Source of the DNA: an uncultured Gammaproteobacteria bacterium | Lineage (GTDB): Bacteria; Patescibacteriota; Microgenomatia; Levybacterales; UBA12049 | Direction of reading: 5' to 3' | Assembly (NCBI GenBank): GCA_964540055.1 | Contig: CAZILC010000007.1 | Span: forward strand, 1,272-65,271 | Length of the DNA stretch: 64,000 bases | Part shown: positions 1 through 9,342 of the stretch, piece after piece | Layout of the letters: each line of letters starts with the position of its first letter | Numbering within the stretch: position 1 is the stretch's first letter | Notes under the pieces: generated by a model | The model's input: the letters and a program-made list of their open reading frames with translations, nothing else | What the model was told of the DNA's origin: nothing | Databases searched by the model: none | Program-made: the position numbers and the translations under genes

Positions 1-488
1 AATTCTAAAAGTCCTGAAAACAGTGCAATAGGATTTAGGGAAAAAAACCTATGAAGATAGGATTTTATACCCAATGTGCGGATACTCATAGAATGTGTCG
101 CGATAAGTGAGATAAGAGCAAATGCGAGCGTAGCGTTTAGATCTGAAGAAAGACTACGAATAACTGGTTGTCCATTTACTGTAATTGCTGTAATTACTGG
201 AATAAGTTCGCTATAATTTGCGACTAAAATGAAAATGAAAAAAGATACGACATAAGGGAATATCTTGGCAGTTTGTTCGCCCGCTGTTGATTCGGTAAGA
301 GACTGAAAATTTTCAACGGCAAGTTCTACGATAGTTTGCAAGAACGTTGGAACAACTGAGGCTTTTTTTTGAATGTAATATACTAATGATAGGACAATGC
401 CGTCAACCAAAAGGGTATCAATAAACGTATTGGTAATTGGAAAATTTCCAATATAGAAAAGAGTTTCTGGCGCGAGAGTTGCTGTCAT
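1..488 (-). CDS. atpB: F0F1 ATP synthase subunit a, N-terminal part (gene runs off left edge)
   Basis: Not in ORF track because it is truncated by the window edge. Manual minus-strand translation from ATG (486-488) stays open to position 1: MTATLAPETLFYIGNFPITNTFIDTLLVDG...FIFILVANYSELIPVITA...RSLSSDLNATLAFALISL. Hydrophobic helices plus the L-IP and SDLN-TLA motifs are typical of subunit a. Confidence 0.7.
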   Translation of the reverse strand, partial: MTATLAPETLFYIGNFPITNTFIDTLLVDGIVLSLVYYIQKKASVVPTFLQTIVELAVENFQSLTESTAGEQTAKIFPYVVSFFIFILVANYSELIPVITAITVNGQPVIRSLSSDLNATLAFALISLIATHSMSIRTLGIKSYLHRFFSLNPIALFSGLLE

Positions 489-493
489 AAACT

Positions 494-517
494 GAAAAAA
501 ACCTGTATCCTACAGGC
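494..517 (-). terminator. Rho-independent terminator-like hairpin after dnaE
   Basis: Minus strand reads CCTGTA-GGA-TACAGG followed by TTTTTTT, directly after the dnaE stop (528-530) and 5 nt before the atpB ATG. Short 6-bp stem. Confidence 0.5.
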
Positions 518-527
518 AAGGTATATT

Positions 528-3500
528 TTAATTTGTATTAGCCTGTAAGTCAATAAGCAGTGTGTCTATCTGAGTCACTTTATCTACAAGTACTGTCGGT
601 TTATCATTTTTTGTATCAAGTTTGCCCTCAAGTACAACGACAGAGTCTTTTATTAGAGTATTTTTATACATATCAAACATTCGTGGGAAAATAACGCTTT
701 CAATTGCTTTTCCTTTTTCATCTGCTAAGGTGAGAAATGCCATCTCAGCACCCTTTTTGGTAAGTATCCGCTTAACATTATCCAAAATTCCACCAACAGT
801 AACTCGGGATCCTTCCATTTGTGATTCTAATTCATCAAAATCAAGTGCTCCAAAAGAGGGGAGATAGGAGAGTTTCTCTAGATGCGGATGCGAAGTGAGA
901 TAAATACCAAGAAATTCTTTTTCAAATTGTAATTTTTCTTCTTCGGTAAAATCATCAATTTCCGTTAGACTAAAATCTATTGCATTGGTACTAACAGTTT
1001 CTGGTTCATCATCAAATAGCGATGCTTGTCCATCGGCTTTATTTTTTTTCATTTGATTTATTTTAATAACAATTTCAGGAAAGGCGACCAGCATTGATGC
1101 GCGGTTACCAAATAGATCCATTGCGCCGGCTTTGATAAGACTTTCCATTGTTTTTTTATTAATTGTTGATAAATTAACCCGCAAACAAAAATCAGTAAAA
1201 CTTGTAAATGGTCTCTCAGTTCTGGCATCAAGAATATTTTGAATAGCTGCTTCTCCAACATTTTTAATAGCTGAAAGTCCAAAACGGATTTTAGTTCGAT
1301 CTTCGATACTAAAATCACTCTGAGATTTATTTATGTCAGGACTCAGAAGCGTTAAATTAAGTCGTTTGCATTCAAGTACAGCTTGTGCAATTTTTTCATT
1401 TTTCGCAGGACCTGAAGTGCCACGGGATTCGGCGGTAAGAAGAGCAGTCATAAATTCAACGGGGAAATTTGCTTTCAGATAAGCAGTCCTGAAAGCAATA
1501 ATCGCGTAACACGCAGCATGGGACTTATTGAAGCCATACCCCGCAAAAGGTGCGATTAATTCAAAGAATTCTTTTGCCCGTTTTTCCGATAGTCCATTTG
1601 CGATGCATCCTTTGATAAATAACTCCTCCTGCTTTTTCATTTCAGCAGGAATTTTCTTACCCATTGCTTTCCGGAATTTATCAGCATCCAGCCACGTGTA
1701 ACCTGCTAATGCAATCGCAGTCAAAAGTACGTCATCCTGATAGGTAAGAACTCCATATGATTGTTTAAGAATATCTTCCAATCGTGGATCAGGATAGGTG
1801 ATAAGGGCGGGATTATGTTTTCTTTTAATAAATTCAGGGATAATTGCCATTGGCCCGGGACGGTATAGTGCGACCATTGCCTGAAGATCAAATATTGTGG
1901 TGGGTTTTAATTCTTTGATGTACCTGCGCATACCTGCAGACTCGAGCTGGAATATACCGGTTGTTTCTCCTTCTGATAATAGCGAGTAGGTTTTTGAGTC
2001 TTCAAGATCAACTTTGTTAAGATCAATTTCCTTTCCCTGGTTTTCTTTAATAAATTTCAAACATTCCTCAATAATGGTTAAATTGCGAAGTCCGAGAAAA
2101 TCCATTTTGAGAAGCCCGACACCATCTTCACCAACGGTATACATATCATATTGGGTAACAATTTTTTCTCCATTCGTTTCTCTTTGAAGCGGTGTATATT
2201 CAGTGAGAGGTTTGTCCGCAATTACAACTCCTGCTGCATGTACTGATGCATGACGCGCAACACCTTCAAGTTTTTTTGCTAGATCCAAAAGACGTTTTGT
2301 TTCCGGCTCAGAGAGATATGCTCTATTCAGATCGGGACTTTGTTGGAGAGCATTTTCAATTGTCATGGAGTGCCCTTGCCAGCCAGGAGGAATCATTTTT
2401 GAAATTCTGTCAGGCGCAGCATATGGCATACCCAGCGCTCGACCAGTATCGCGGACCGATCCACGGGCCTCCATGGTTCCAAAGGTAATAATTTGTGCAA
2501 CTTTATCTTTTCCGTATTTTTGAGTGACATATTGAATAACTTCTTCACGTCTGGTATCGGCAAAATCAAGATCAATATCAGGAGCACTGGGGCGAAGTGG
2601 ATTTAAAAATCTCTCAAATGGAAGCTTGAAAAAGAAAGGATCAGCATCTGTTATTTTGAGACAATAGCCGACAACCGATCCTGCTGCGGAACCACGGCCT
2701 GGACCAACAGCGACGCCATTATCTTTTGCCCAGTTAACGAAATCTGCAACAACGAGAAAATAGGTTTCGTATTTCTTTTTAATAATAACTGAAAGTTCAT
2801 AATCAATCCGTTCTTGAATTTCTGGAGTTATTTCTCCATATCTAAAAATCGCACCATCAAGTACCAGTTTGGTTAAATAATCAGCTGCTGATAAATTATC
2901 CGGAACTTCAAAAATCGGCATATGCCACTTACCAAGCGTTATTTCTACTTTACAACGATCGGCAATTTTATTGGCATTTTCTATCGCTTCTGGTAAATCA
3001 ATAAAGAGTTTTTCCATCTCTTCTGCCGATTTGATATAAAAATCAGGTGATGAAATCATCGAAAGCTTTTTCTTTTTATCATCGATTGTTGTTCCTGTCT
3101 GTACACATAGCAAAATTTCCTGTGCTTCGGCATCATCTTTTCTTGTGTAATGATTATCATTTGTTGCAACAAGCGGCAAGCCGAGTTTTTTGGAAAGTTT
3201 AATCAATTTCTCGTTAACTGGTTCTTGAGGTGGCACGTTGAGATGTTTTTGAATTTCAAGATAAAAATTATCTGGCCCGAAAATTTTGGCAAGTTTTATC
3301 GCACGTTCTTCAGCCAATGCATCTTCGTTTCGCATAAAGGGTTCTGAAACATAGCCGTTGACACATGCACTCAGACAAATTAGCCCTTCATGATATTTCT
3401 CTAGCAGAGGGATATCTGTTCGGGGTTTATAATAATACCCCTCAAGATTGGCTATAGTTACAATTTTCATGAGATTTTTGTACCCTGTTTCATTTTCCGC

Positions 3501-3776
3501 AAGGAGAATGAGATGGTTATAATCTTTATCCTGAGTAGCATCTTTATCAGTGAGCGCACGTTTGGCGACATAGATTTCACATCCTATTATAGGTTTAATT
3601 TCCGCTTCAAGACAGGCTTTATAAAATTTAATAGTGCCGTACATATTGCCATGGTCTGTGATAGCAAGTGCTTTCATACCAAGCTCTTTTGCATAGGCAA
3701 CCATATTTTTTGTTTTTTGTAGACCATCGAGAAGCGAAAATTCAGAATGGTTGTGGAGATGAACGAAATCAGCCAT
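528..3776 (-). CDS. dnaE: DNA polymerase III alpha subunit
   Basis: 1082-aa ORF. N-terminal PHP motif HLHNHSEFSLLDG, polymerase core (GSAAGS, PDIDLDF) and a C-terminal OB-like region. Confidence 0.95.
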   Translation of the reverse strand: MADFVHLHNHSEFSLLDGLQKTKNMVAYAKELGMKALAITDHGNMYGTIKFYKACLEAEIKPIIGCEIYVAKRALTDKDATQDKDYNHLILLAENETGYKNLMKIVTIANLEGYYYKPRTDIPLLEKYHEGLICLSACVNGYVSEPFMRNEDALAEERAIKLAKIFGPDNFYLEIQKHLNVPPQEPVNEKLIKLSKKLGLPLVATNDNHYTRKDDAEAQEILLCVQTGTTIDDKKKKLSMISSPDFYIKSAEEMEKLFIDLPEAIENANKIADRCKVEITLGKWHMPIFEVPDNLSAADYLTKLVLDGAIFRYGEITPEIQERIDYELSVIIKKKYETYFLVVADFVNWAKDNGVAVGPGRGSAAGSVVGYCLKITDADPFFFKLPFERFLNPLRPSAPDIDLDFADTRREEVIQYVTQKYGKDKVAQIITFGTMEARGSVRDTGRALGMPYAAPDRISKMIPPGWQGHSMTIENALQQSPDLNRAYLSEPETKRLLDLAKKLEGVARHASVHAAGVVIADKPLTEYTPLQRETNGEKIVTQYDMYTVGEDGVGLLKMDFLGLRNLTIIEECLKFIKENQGKEIDLNKVDLEDSKTYSLLSEGETTGIFQLESAGMRRYIKELKPTTIFDLQAMVALYRPGPMAIIPEFIKRKHNPALITYPDPRLEDILKQSYGVLTYQDDVLLTAIALAGYTWLDADKFRKAMGKKIPAEMKKQEELFIKGCIANGLSEKRAKEFFELIAPFAGYGFNKSHAACYAIIAFRTAYLKANFPVEFMTALLTAESRGTSGPAKNEKIAQAVLECKRLNLTLLSPDINKSQSDFSIEDRTKIRFGLSAIKNVGEAAIQNILDARTERPFTSFTDFCLRVNLSTINKKTMESLIKAGAMDLFGNRASMLVAFPEIVIKINQMKKNKADGQASLFDDEPETVSTNAIDFSLTEIDDFTEEEKLQFEKEFLGIYLTSHPHLEKLSYLPSFGALDFDELESQMEGSRVTVGGILDNVKRILTKKGAEMAFLTLADEKGKAIESVIFPRMFDMYKNTLIKDSVVVLEGKLDTKNDKPTVLVDKVTQIDTLLIDLQANTN

Positions 3777-3855
3777 TAGCGTACATCTATTATAGATTTT
3801 AAGAAACTGATTGTACAGGGTTGATGTCTTTACGTGCTATATATAATATAACTTA

Positions 3856-4224
3856 ATGAAAGAACGGCCTTTTTTATGTGATGGGTGTCCAATAGCAAAA
3901 GGAAGAGCTAATTTATTGATCACTGAAGCATCGACAGGTGAAAGAACAAGAAAAAGAAAAGAGGATTATTTATTTGGGATAGTCCCTAAACCACAAAGAG
4001 TTGTAATTCTTTACGCGAAAGCTATGGATATGACAACATCTCCAGCAAAAGGTGACAGAGTGAGATATGCAGTTAATCCAGGACTTAGGAAAAGAAAAGG
4101 AATTTTGAATAAAATTTTGCGGTGTAGAGGGCCGGAGAAGGGTTACAATGATTCGCTACGATGCCCTGCAATCACTATCATCCCGCCATCTCGTAAAAGA
4201 AATCCTAATTTTTTCAGTAGTTAG
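3856..4224 (+). CDS. Small very basic Cys-containing hypothetical protein (orphan); coding status uncertain
   Basis: 122-aa ORF, K/R-rich, CDGC near the N-terminus plus a C-x13-C pair near the C-terminus. Promoter-like TTGATG-17-TAATAT ends 6 nt before the ATG. Stop overlaps the gatB stop by 4 nt. No family recognised. Confidence 0.4.
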   Translation: MKERPFLCDGCPIAKGRANLLITEASTGERTRKRKEDYLFGIVPKPQRVVILYAKAMDMTTSPAKGDRVRYAVNPGLRKRKGILNKILRCRGPEKGYNDSLRCPAITIIPPSRKRNPNFFSS

Positions 4225-5564
4225 CTTTTGAGTGTTTTAATTATTTTATTCTTAACCACTTGTGTATCAACTTTCTTGCCGATTTTTCTCATCGTCATTC
4301 CGAGAAGGAACATGAGGGATGCTTCTTTGCCGTTTTTATAATCTGCTACTGCTTTTTCATTATCTTTAATTACGTCATCAATAAATTTCTGCAGTTCTTT
4401 TTCATCTATTGTTGCAACTTGTTTGGAAGCGGTGATTTGTTTCAAAAGTTCTTCAATTGACATTTTCTCATATTCAATTTTTTTATTAATGATCCAGTTG
4501 GCGATTGCTTTGGCATCAAGATTCTCTGGTTTCTTTTTGATTGCCATTTCGAAATAATCAGCAAGAGGTTTTTCTCTCGTTAAAATTTCAGCATCATAGG
4601 TAGATAATGCATATTCTTTTTCAAAACGCGCAATTTTTTTGTCCGGTAATTCTGGCACTTGTACTTTTAGTCTGCCAACTGCGCCTTTTGGCAAATGGAT
4701 TGGTGGGATATCAGGTTCTGGGAAATAACGGTAATCATGAGCTTCTTCTTTGGAACGCTGGGAAAAAGTTTTACCTTTATCTTCATTCCAGCCGCGAGTT
4801 TCCTGAGCGGGAGTTTGACCGGATTCAAGAATTTCTTTTTGTCGTACAATTTCAAAATTAATTGCTTTTTCAACAAATTTGAATGAGTTAATATTTTTTA
4901 CTTCGACTTTGTATTTTGGTAAATCTTTTTCTTGTACATATTGTTTTGTTTTCGGTTTTGTAGTCAGGGAAATATTCGGCTCCAGTCGCATTTCGCCTTT
5001 ATCCATATCGGCATTTGCAACGTCAAGATAGCGAACAATTTGCTGGAGTCTTTCAAGATATTCTTTGACGTCAAGCGCGTTATCAAAATCCGGTTCTGTT
5101 ACGATTTCTACAAGTGGTACACCACTACGATTAAAATCGATAAGACTAACTTTTCTATCCTCAATTTCCTGATGAGAAAGTTTGCCCGTGTCTTCTTCCA
5201 TGTGGACTCTACGGATTCTGATTTTTTTGCCGCTTTTTAATTCTATTAATCCATCTTTACCAAACGGCAGATCATACTGACTTATCTGATAACCTTTTGC
5301 AAGATCCGGATAAAAATAATTTTTTCTATCAAACTTTGAGAATTCGTTTATCTCACAATTTAATGCCAAAGCAATTTTGATGCACCATTCGATTGCAAGT
5401 TTGCTTGGAACCGGCAATGCTCCCGGGAGCCCAAGACATACGGGACACGTATGAGAATTTGGTTCTTTGCCGAAATATTCTGCAGAACAAGAGCAGAACA
5501 TTTTGCTTTTCGTTTTTAATTCCACATGGACTTCAAGTCCGATGATAGGTGTATATGTTTTCAT
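4221..5564 (-). CDS. gatB: Asp/Glu-tRNA amidotransferase subunit B
   Basis: 447 aa. GatB hallmarks: PIIGLEVHVEL, Cys cluster CSC...CPVCLGLPG, C-terminal YqeY-like helical tail. 4-nt overlap with gatA. Confidence 0.95.
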   Translation of the reverse strand: MKTYTPIIGLEVHVELKTKSKMFCSCSAEYFGKEPNSHTCPVCLGLPGALPVPSKLAIEWCIKIALALNCEINEFSKFDRKNYFYPDLAKGYQISQYDLPFGKDGLIELKSGKKIRIRRVHMEEDTGKLSHQEIEDRKVSLIDFNRSGVPLVEIVTEPDFDNALDVKEYLERLQQIVRYLDVANADMDKGEMRLEPNISLTTKPKTKQYVQEKDLPKYKVEVKNINSFKFVEKAINFEIVRQKEILESGQTPAQETRGWNEDKGKTFSQRSKEEAHDYRYFPEPDIPPIHLPKGAVGRLKVQVPELPDKKIARFEKEYALSTYDAEILTREKPLADYFEMAIKKKPENLDAKAIANWIINKKIEYEKMSIEELLKQITASKQVATIDEKELQKFIDDVIKDNEKAVADYKNGKEASLMFLLGMTMRKIGKKVDTQVVKNKIIKTLKS

Positions 5565-6970
5565 ATATTCGGCTTCTTTAAATATAAGGGATTTTCCAAC
5601 TGATATTTATGTGCAATGTTGAGAATTTTTTCTTCTGAGAAATGTGGGCCGATGATTTGAAAACCAATAGGCAAACCTGCTTTTGAAAACCCACACGGCA
5701 TATTGATTCCCGTTAGACCGGCGATTGATGATGGCTCAACCAGCAAATCTGCAAGTTCTCCAAACATTGATTGCCCTTCTGTTGCGCCGATAGGAAGAGC
5801 AGTTGTAGGACTTGTTGGACCAATAATTATATCGACATCTTTAAATGCATTTTTGAAATCTTCAATGATAACCGTTCTAACTTTCAAAGCTTTGTTGTAA
5901 TATTGATCATAATAGCCGGCAGAAAGCGTATATGTCCCCAGCATAACTCTGCGTTTGGCTTCTTCGCCAAAAAAAGAACGGTCATTTGCATAACGAATGC
6001 CATCATATCGGGCAAGATTGGAAGATACTTCGGCGCGCTGAATGATGGTATATACAGCAATTGCGTATTTTGGATGGAACAGATTAATTTTTTTAATTTT
6101 TGCTCCAAGTTTTTCAAATGTTTTTAATGATTCTTCTACTGATTTTTTAACCTCAGGATCTACTCCTTCAAAATAATCATCAGCAACACCAATTGTCAGA
6201 CCTTTAATTTCATTGTTTAAATTTTTTGAATAATCAGGAACTGGATTTGGTCCTGTTGTTGCGTCATGTGGATCTTGTCCTGCCAAAACTTGAAGAATAA
6301 GTGCGCTATCTTCAACAGTTCTGGTGATTGGTCCGGGACTATCAAGAGATGATCCCATCGCAACAACCCCATAGCGACTGACACGACCATACGTTGGTTT
6401 GAGTCCAACAACTCCGCACCAGCTTGCGGGCTGACGAATTGATCCCGCGGTTTCTGAACCAATTGCAGCAAGTGTTTCATCAGCAGCCATCGAAGCAGCT
6501 GCACCACCTGATGAGCCACCAGGTAAATGGTCGGTATTCCAGGGATTACGCGTAGGTCCATAATCTGAAGTCTCTGTTGATGAACCATGAGCCCAAGCGT
6601 CCATATTTGTTTTGCCCAGTAGTACCATCCCGGCATTTTTTAATTTTTCAACGACAGTTGCATCGAAAGGGGGAATGTAATTGTCCAGAACCTTGCTTGA
6701 TGCTGTAGTTCGAATCCCATTTGTTGAGAAATTATCTTTTATTGAAAGTGGAATTCCGACAAGTGGTAAATCAGTGCCTTTTGCAATTTTTTCATCAGCA
6801 GTTTTCGCATTTGCCAGTGCTTCATCTTCAGTTACTGTCACAAAAGCTTTGAGTTTAGTATCTATTTTTTTAATACGTTCTAAATATGCTTTGGTTAACT
6901 CAAGCGAAGAATATTTTTTAGCTTTTAGATCTTTTTTTGCTTGTGTAATTGTTAGTGTTTTGATATCCAT
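5561..6970 (-). CDS. gatA: Asp/Glu-tRNA amidotransferase subunit A
   Basis: 469 aa. Amidase signature region (GGSSGGAAASMAA, GSETAGSIRQPAS) with typical GatA length and ends. Confidence 0.95.
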   Translation of the reverse strand: MDIKTLTITQAKKDLKAKKYSSLELTKAYLERIKKIDTKLKAFVTVTEDEALANAKTADEKIAKGTDLPLVGIPLSIKDNFSTNGIRTTASSKVLDNYIPPFDATVVEKLKNAGMVLLGKTNMDAWAHGSSTETSDYGPTRNPWNTDHLPGGSSGGAAASMAADETLAAIGSETAGSIRQPASWCGVVGLKPTYGRVSRYGVVAMGSSLDSPGPITRTVEDSALILQVLAGQDPHDATTGPNPVPDYSKNLNNEIKGLTIGVADDYFEGVDPEVKKSVEESLKTFEKLGAKIKKINLFHPKYAIAVYTIIQRAEVSSNLARYDGIRYANDRSFFGEEAKRRVMLGTYTLSAGYYDQYYNKALKVRTVIIEDFKNAFKDVDIIIGPTSPTTALPIGATEGQSMFGELADLLVEPSSIAGLTGINMPCGFSKAGLPIGFQIIGPHFSEEKILNIAHKYQLENPLYLKKPNI

Positions 6971-6978
6971 AAACCGTA

Positions 6979-7620
6979 TTATAGATCAGAACTGCCTTTT
7001 TGTCTCGGCTCAAATCCAAAGGTCTCATCGACAATAAATTCTGTACCATCGGAACGCAATGTAATATACCCTGCGTTAACAAATCGTTTATTCTCAAGTT
7101 CTTCATAACTCGCAATACCTAGATGTAAGAGAATAATTCTTAATACTCCACCATGAGTTCCAACTAATATTTTTTTATCCGGATACGCAACTGCCGTTTC
7201 TCGTAAAAATCTGAATACCCTTTGAGCTATTTCTTCATCACTCTCTGCATCTCCTGCAAATTTATACGTTTTCCTGGCTTCATTTTTAAGCTCCATTAAC
7301 AATTTTTGATGAGCCAATACTTTATCTGAGGATTTTTTTTCAAGTGATCCAAATGCGCGTTCACGTAAAGCTTTCGTTGTTTGTACTGCCAGATTGTGTT
7401 CAAGAGATATTATTTCGGCAGTGCGTTTTGCACGTAATAAATCGGATGAAAACGCAAGATCAAAATGCATATCTTTGAATTTAAGAGCTGATTCTTTTGC
7501 CTGTTTTTCTCCTAATGCATTTAGTAATGTATCGTTTTGTCCCTGAACAATTCTGTTTTTGTTCCAATCGGTTTCACCGTGTCGTATCAAATAAAAAGTG
7601 GTCATATTATTCTTCATCAT
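6979..7620 (-). CDS. Histidine phosphatase superfamily (phosphoglycerate-mutase-like) protein
   Basis: 213 aa. The N-terminal LIRHGETDWN catalytic motif and a distal GTHGG histidine are typical of branch 1 histidine phosphatases. Confidence 0.8.
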   Translation of the reverse strand: MMKNNMTTFYLIRHGETDWNKNRIVQGQNDTLLNALGEKQAKESALKFKDMHFDLAFSSDLLRAKRTAEIISLEHNLAVQTTKALRERAFGSLEKKSSDKVLAHQKLLMELKNEARKTYKFAGDAESDEEIAQRVFRFLRETAVAYPDKKILVGTHGGVLRIILLHLGIASYEELENKRFVNAGYITLRSDGTEFIVDETFGFEPRQKGSSDL

Positions 7621-8272
7621 CGATTCCTTTTCTTCGGGTTATGCCGTGTTTTTCGGTAATGATATAAGATTTTCCATCGGTTTCTGCAACGAAATAGCCT
7701 GCGTTTTTAATTGATCCGCCGAGTAATTCATCGTATTTTGCGTATTTCTCATGAATAAGAAATGACCGCATGATATATCCATGACAGACAACAACAACAG
7801 TTTTATTTTTATATGTCTTAATCACATGGGATAAAAACTGCTTAAAACGTTTAACCACATCATATCCGCTTTCGCCATTTTCAAAATATTTGAAAGCGAA
7901 TTTTTCCTGTTCGTTCATCGAATCAAGCGCTTTTTCAATTTCGCGTTTTTGCTCTGCTGACATATGATCACCGAAGAATCTTTCTCGGATCATCTCGTTG
8001 GTGATCACCGGCAAATTATGATCACGAGCAATTATTTCAGCAGTTTCACGGGCTCTTTTCAGATCGGATGAAAGTACTGCGGTAAAATCAATATCTTTTA
8101 ATTTTTGTGCTAAAATATGTGCTTGCTCGCGGCCTTTTTGTGTCAAAGAACTTCCTAATTCTCCAAAATGTGAGGCAGGTTTGTTGGGGTTTTCTCGGGC
8201 GTAGACATTACTTGCTGATTCTCCATGCCGTACGATATAAATTTTTGTAACTTCATGTCCCTTTTTAGTCAT
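7607..8272 (-). CDS. Histidine phosphatase superfamily (phosphoglycerate-mutase-like) protein, tandem paralog
   Basis: 221 aa. IVRHGESASN motif and a distal VCHG histidine. Overlaps both neighbours (14 nt and 8 nt), suggesting translational coupling inside the gat operon. Confidence 0.8.
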   Translation of the reverse strand: MTKKGHEVTKIYIVRHGESASNVYARENPNKPASHFGELGSSLTQKGREQAHILAQKLKDIDFTAVLSSDLKRARETAEIIARDHNLPVITNEMIRERFFGDHMSAEQKREIEKALDSMNEQEKFAFKYFENGESGYDVVKRFKQFLSHVIKTYKNKTVVVVCHGYIMRSFLIHEKYAKYDELLGGSIKNAGYFVAETDGKSYIITEKHGITRRKGIDDEE

Positions 8273-8549
8273 TCTCCAGAATTGCGTTTACAATAAAAAA
8301 TCCATCATGGTGATTCTTTGTGTTAGATAATGCTTGTTTTTGTGTGAGCGAAGGTGAGGTTTTATCTTCTCTTGTTATATTTTCGAGTCCTGAAACATGT
8401 GCTGTCGGCTCAACATTTTTTGTATCAATTTCCTGAAGAATCTCAACATAGCTTAAGGTTTCTGCTAATTGTTTATCAAGTGTAGTTTCTTCAGCTTTGG
8501 TGATGGGGAGATTTGCGAGTTTGGCAATGTGTTTTACATCGAGTTTCAT
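8265..8549 (-). CDS. gatC: Asp/Glu-tRNA amidotransferase subunit C
   Basis: The ORF track starts at 8618, but that overlaps gatD. The internal ATG at 8549 gives a 95-aa protein, MKLDVKHIAKLANLPITKAEE...DTKNVEPT, with typical GatC sequence and size. Confidence 0.85.
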   Translation of the reverse strand: MKLDVKHIAKLANLPITKAEETTLDKQLAETLSYVEILQEIDTKNVEPTAHVSGLENITREDKTSPSLTQKQALSNTKNHHDGFFIVNAILEND

Positions 8550-8556
8550 TGTGTCA

Positions 8557-9342
8557 TTATACTCCAAATCCAAGCCTATTGGCAATTGTTTCTTTTGCTT
8601 TTTTTTCGAGCGAATCATCTAAAAATTCCAGTTTTATTTCTTTTTTATATTTTATTTCAAGAGCTTTCATAATGAGCCAGTCGGCAATTTGAGGATTTTT
8701 TGGTAAGAGTGGGCCGTGTAGGTAACTGCCGATCGCGTTTTTATAGACAACTCCTTCAGTTCCATCTTCACCATTATTGCCAAAGCCTTTGACAACTCTG
8801 GCAAAAGGTTTAGTAGTTGGACCCAAATATGTTCTACCCCCGTGATTTTCAAAACCGACAACTTGTGTAGTTGGTAGTTCGTAGCTGGCGGTTAGATTTT
8901 CAGGTAGTATTTCTTCAACGACATTTCCTATTAATCTATCTTGCTTGGGACCAGGATGACGGGAAAACATATCAAAAATACCAAGCCCCTCAATGCGTTT
9001 ACCTTCCGCTGGTTCATAATAATTTCCCATAAGTTGGGGTGCACCGCAGACAAATAAAGCGGGTTTTTCAGCCTCAATGAGGGATTTAATTGCACGTTTT
9101 TTCTTCATTAAATCTTGCATAACAATTTCTTGTTCGCGATCCTGTGCGCCACCTCCGAAGAGGAGATCAACGTTTACTAGTGATTTGTCACTTGAGTTCG
9201 GGTCGATAGGTAAAATTTCCACTGTAATATCCCGCCATTCGCAGCGTTTCTGCAGAACAAGAATATTTCCTCTATCACCATAGGTACTCATGAGTTGTGG
9301 ATAGAGCCAACCGATGGTTAGTTGCAATTTAGATTTTGTCAT
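8557..9342 (-). CDS. gatD: Lipid II isoglutaminyl synthase, glutaminase subunit (CobQ/GatD-type amidotransferase)
   Basis: 261 aa. Closely follows the GatD pattern known from Staphylococcus (VGFENHGGRTY, GxGNN, YLHGPLLPKN). 4-nt overlap with murT. Confidence 0.85.
   Translation of the reverse strand: MTKSKLQLTIGWLYPQLMSTYGDRGNILVLQKRCEWRDITVEILPIDPNSSDKSLVNVDLLFGGGAQDREQEIVMQDLMKKKRAIKSLIEAEKPALFVCGAPQLMGNYYEPAEGKRIEGLGIFDMFSRHPGPKQDRLIGNVVEEILPENLTASYELPTTQVVGFENHGGRTYLGPTTKPFARVVKGFGNNGEDGTEGVVYKNAIGSYLHGPLLPKNPQIADWLIMKALEIKYKKEIKLEFLDDSLEKKAKETIANRLGFGV

Noticed and set aside
3777-4224. RNase P RNA or tmRNA in the gatB-dnaE spacer
   Set aside because: I found only loose string resemblances to RNase P conserved regions and to a tmRNA 3' end (UCAUCCCGCCAUCUCG). 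I could not form the P1-P4 helices or a tRNA-like acceptor/T-arm by hand. It is kept as an open question in the findings but not called as an RNA gene.
8550-8618. N-terminal extensions in the ORF track. Affected genes: gatC to 8618, polX to 14304, MTase to 25010, uvrB to 31658, ribE to 33327, lexA from 33366, kinase-like to 34905, MTase to 35544, rsmI from 35613 and manA to 54105.
   Set aside because: The extended starts are mostly TTG/GTG codons or ATGs that lie inside the promoter or overlap the upstream gene. The internal ATGs match family N-termini and the -10-plus-6-nt rule, so the shorter coordinates are used.
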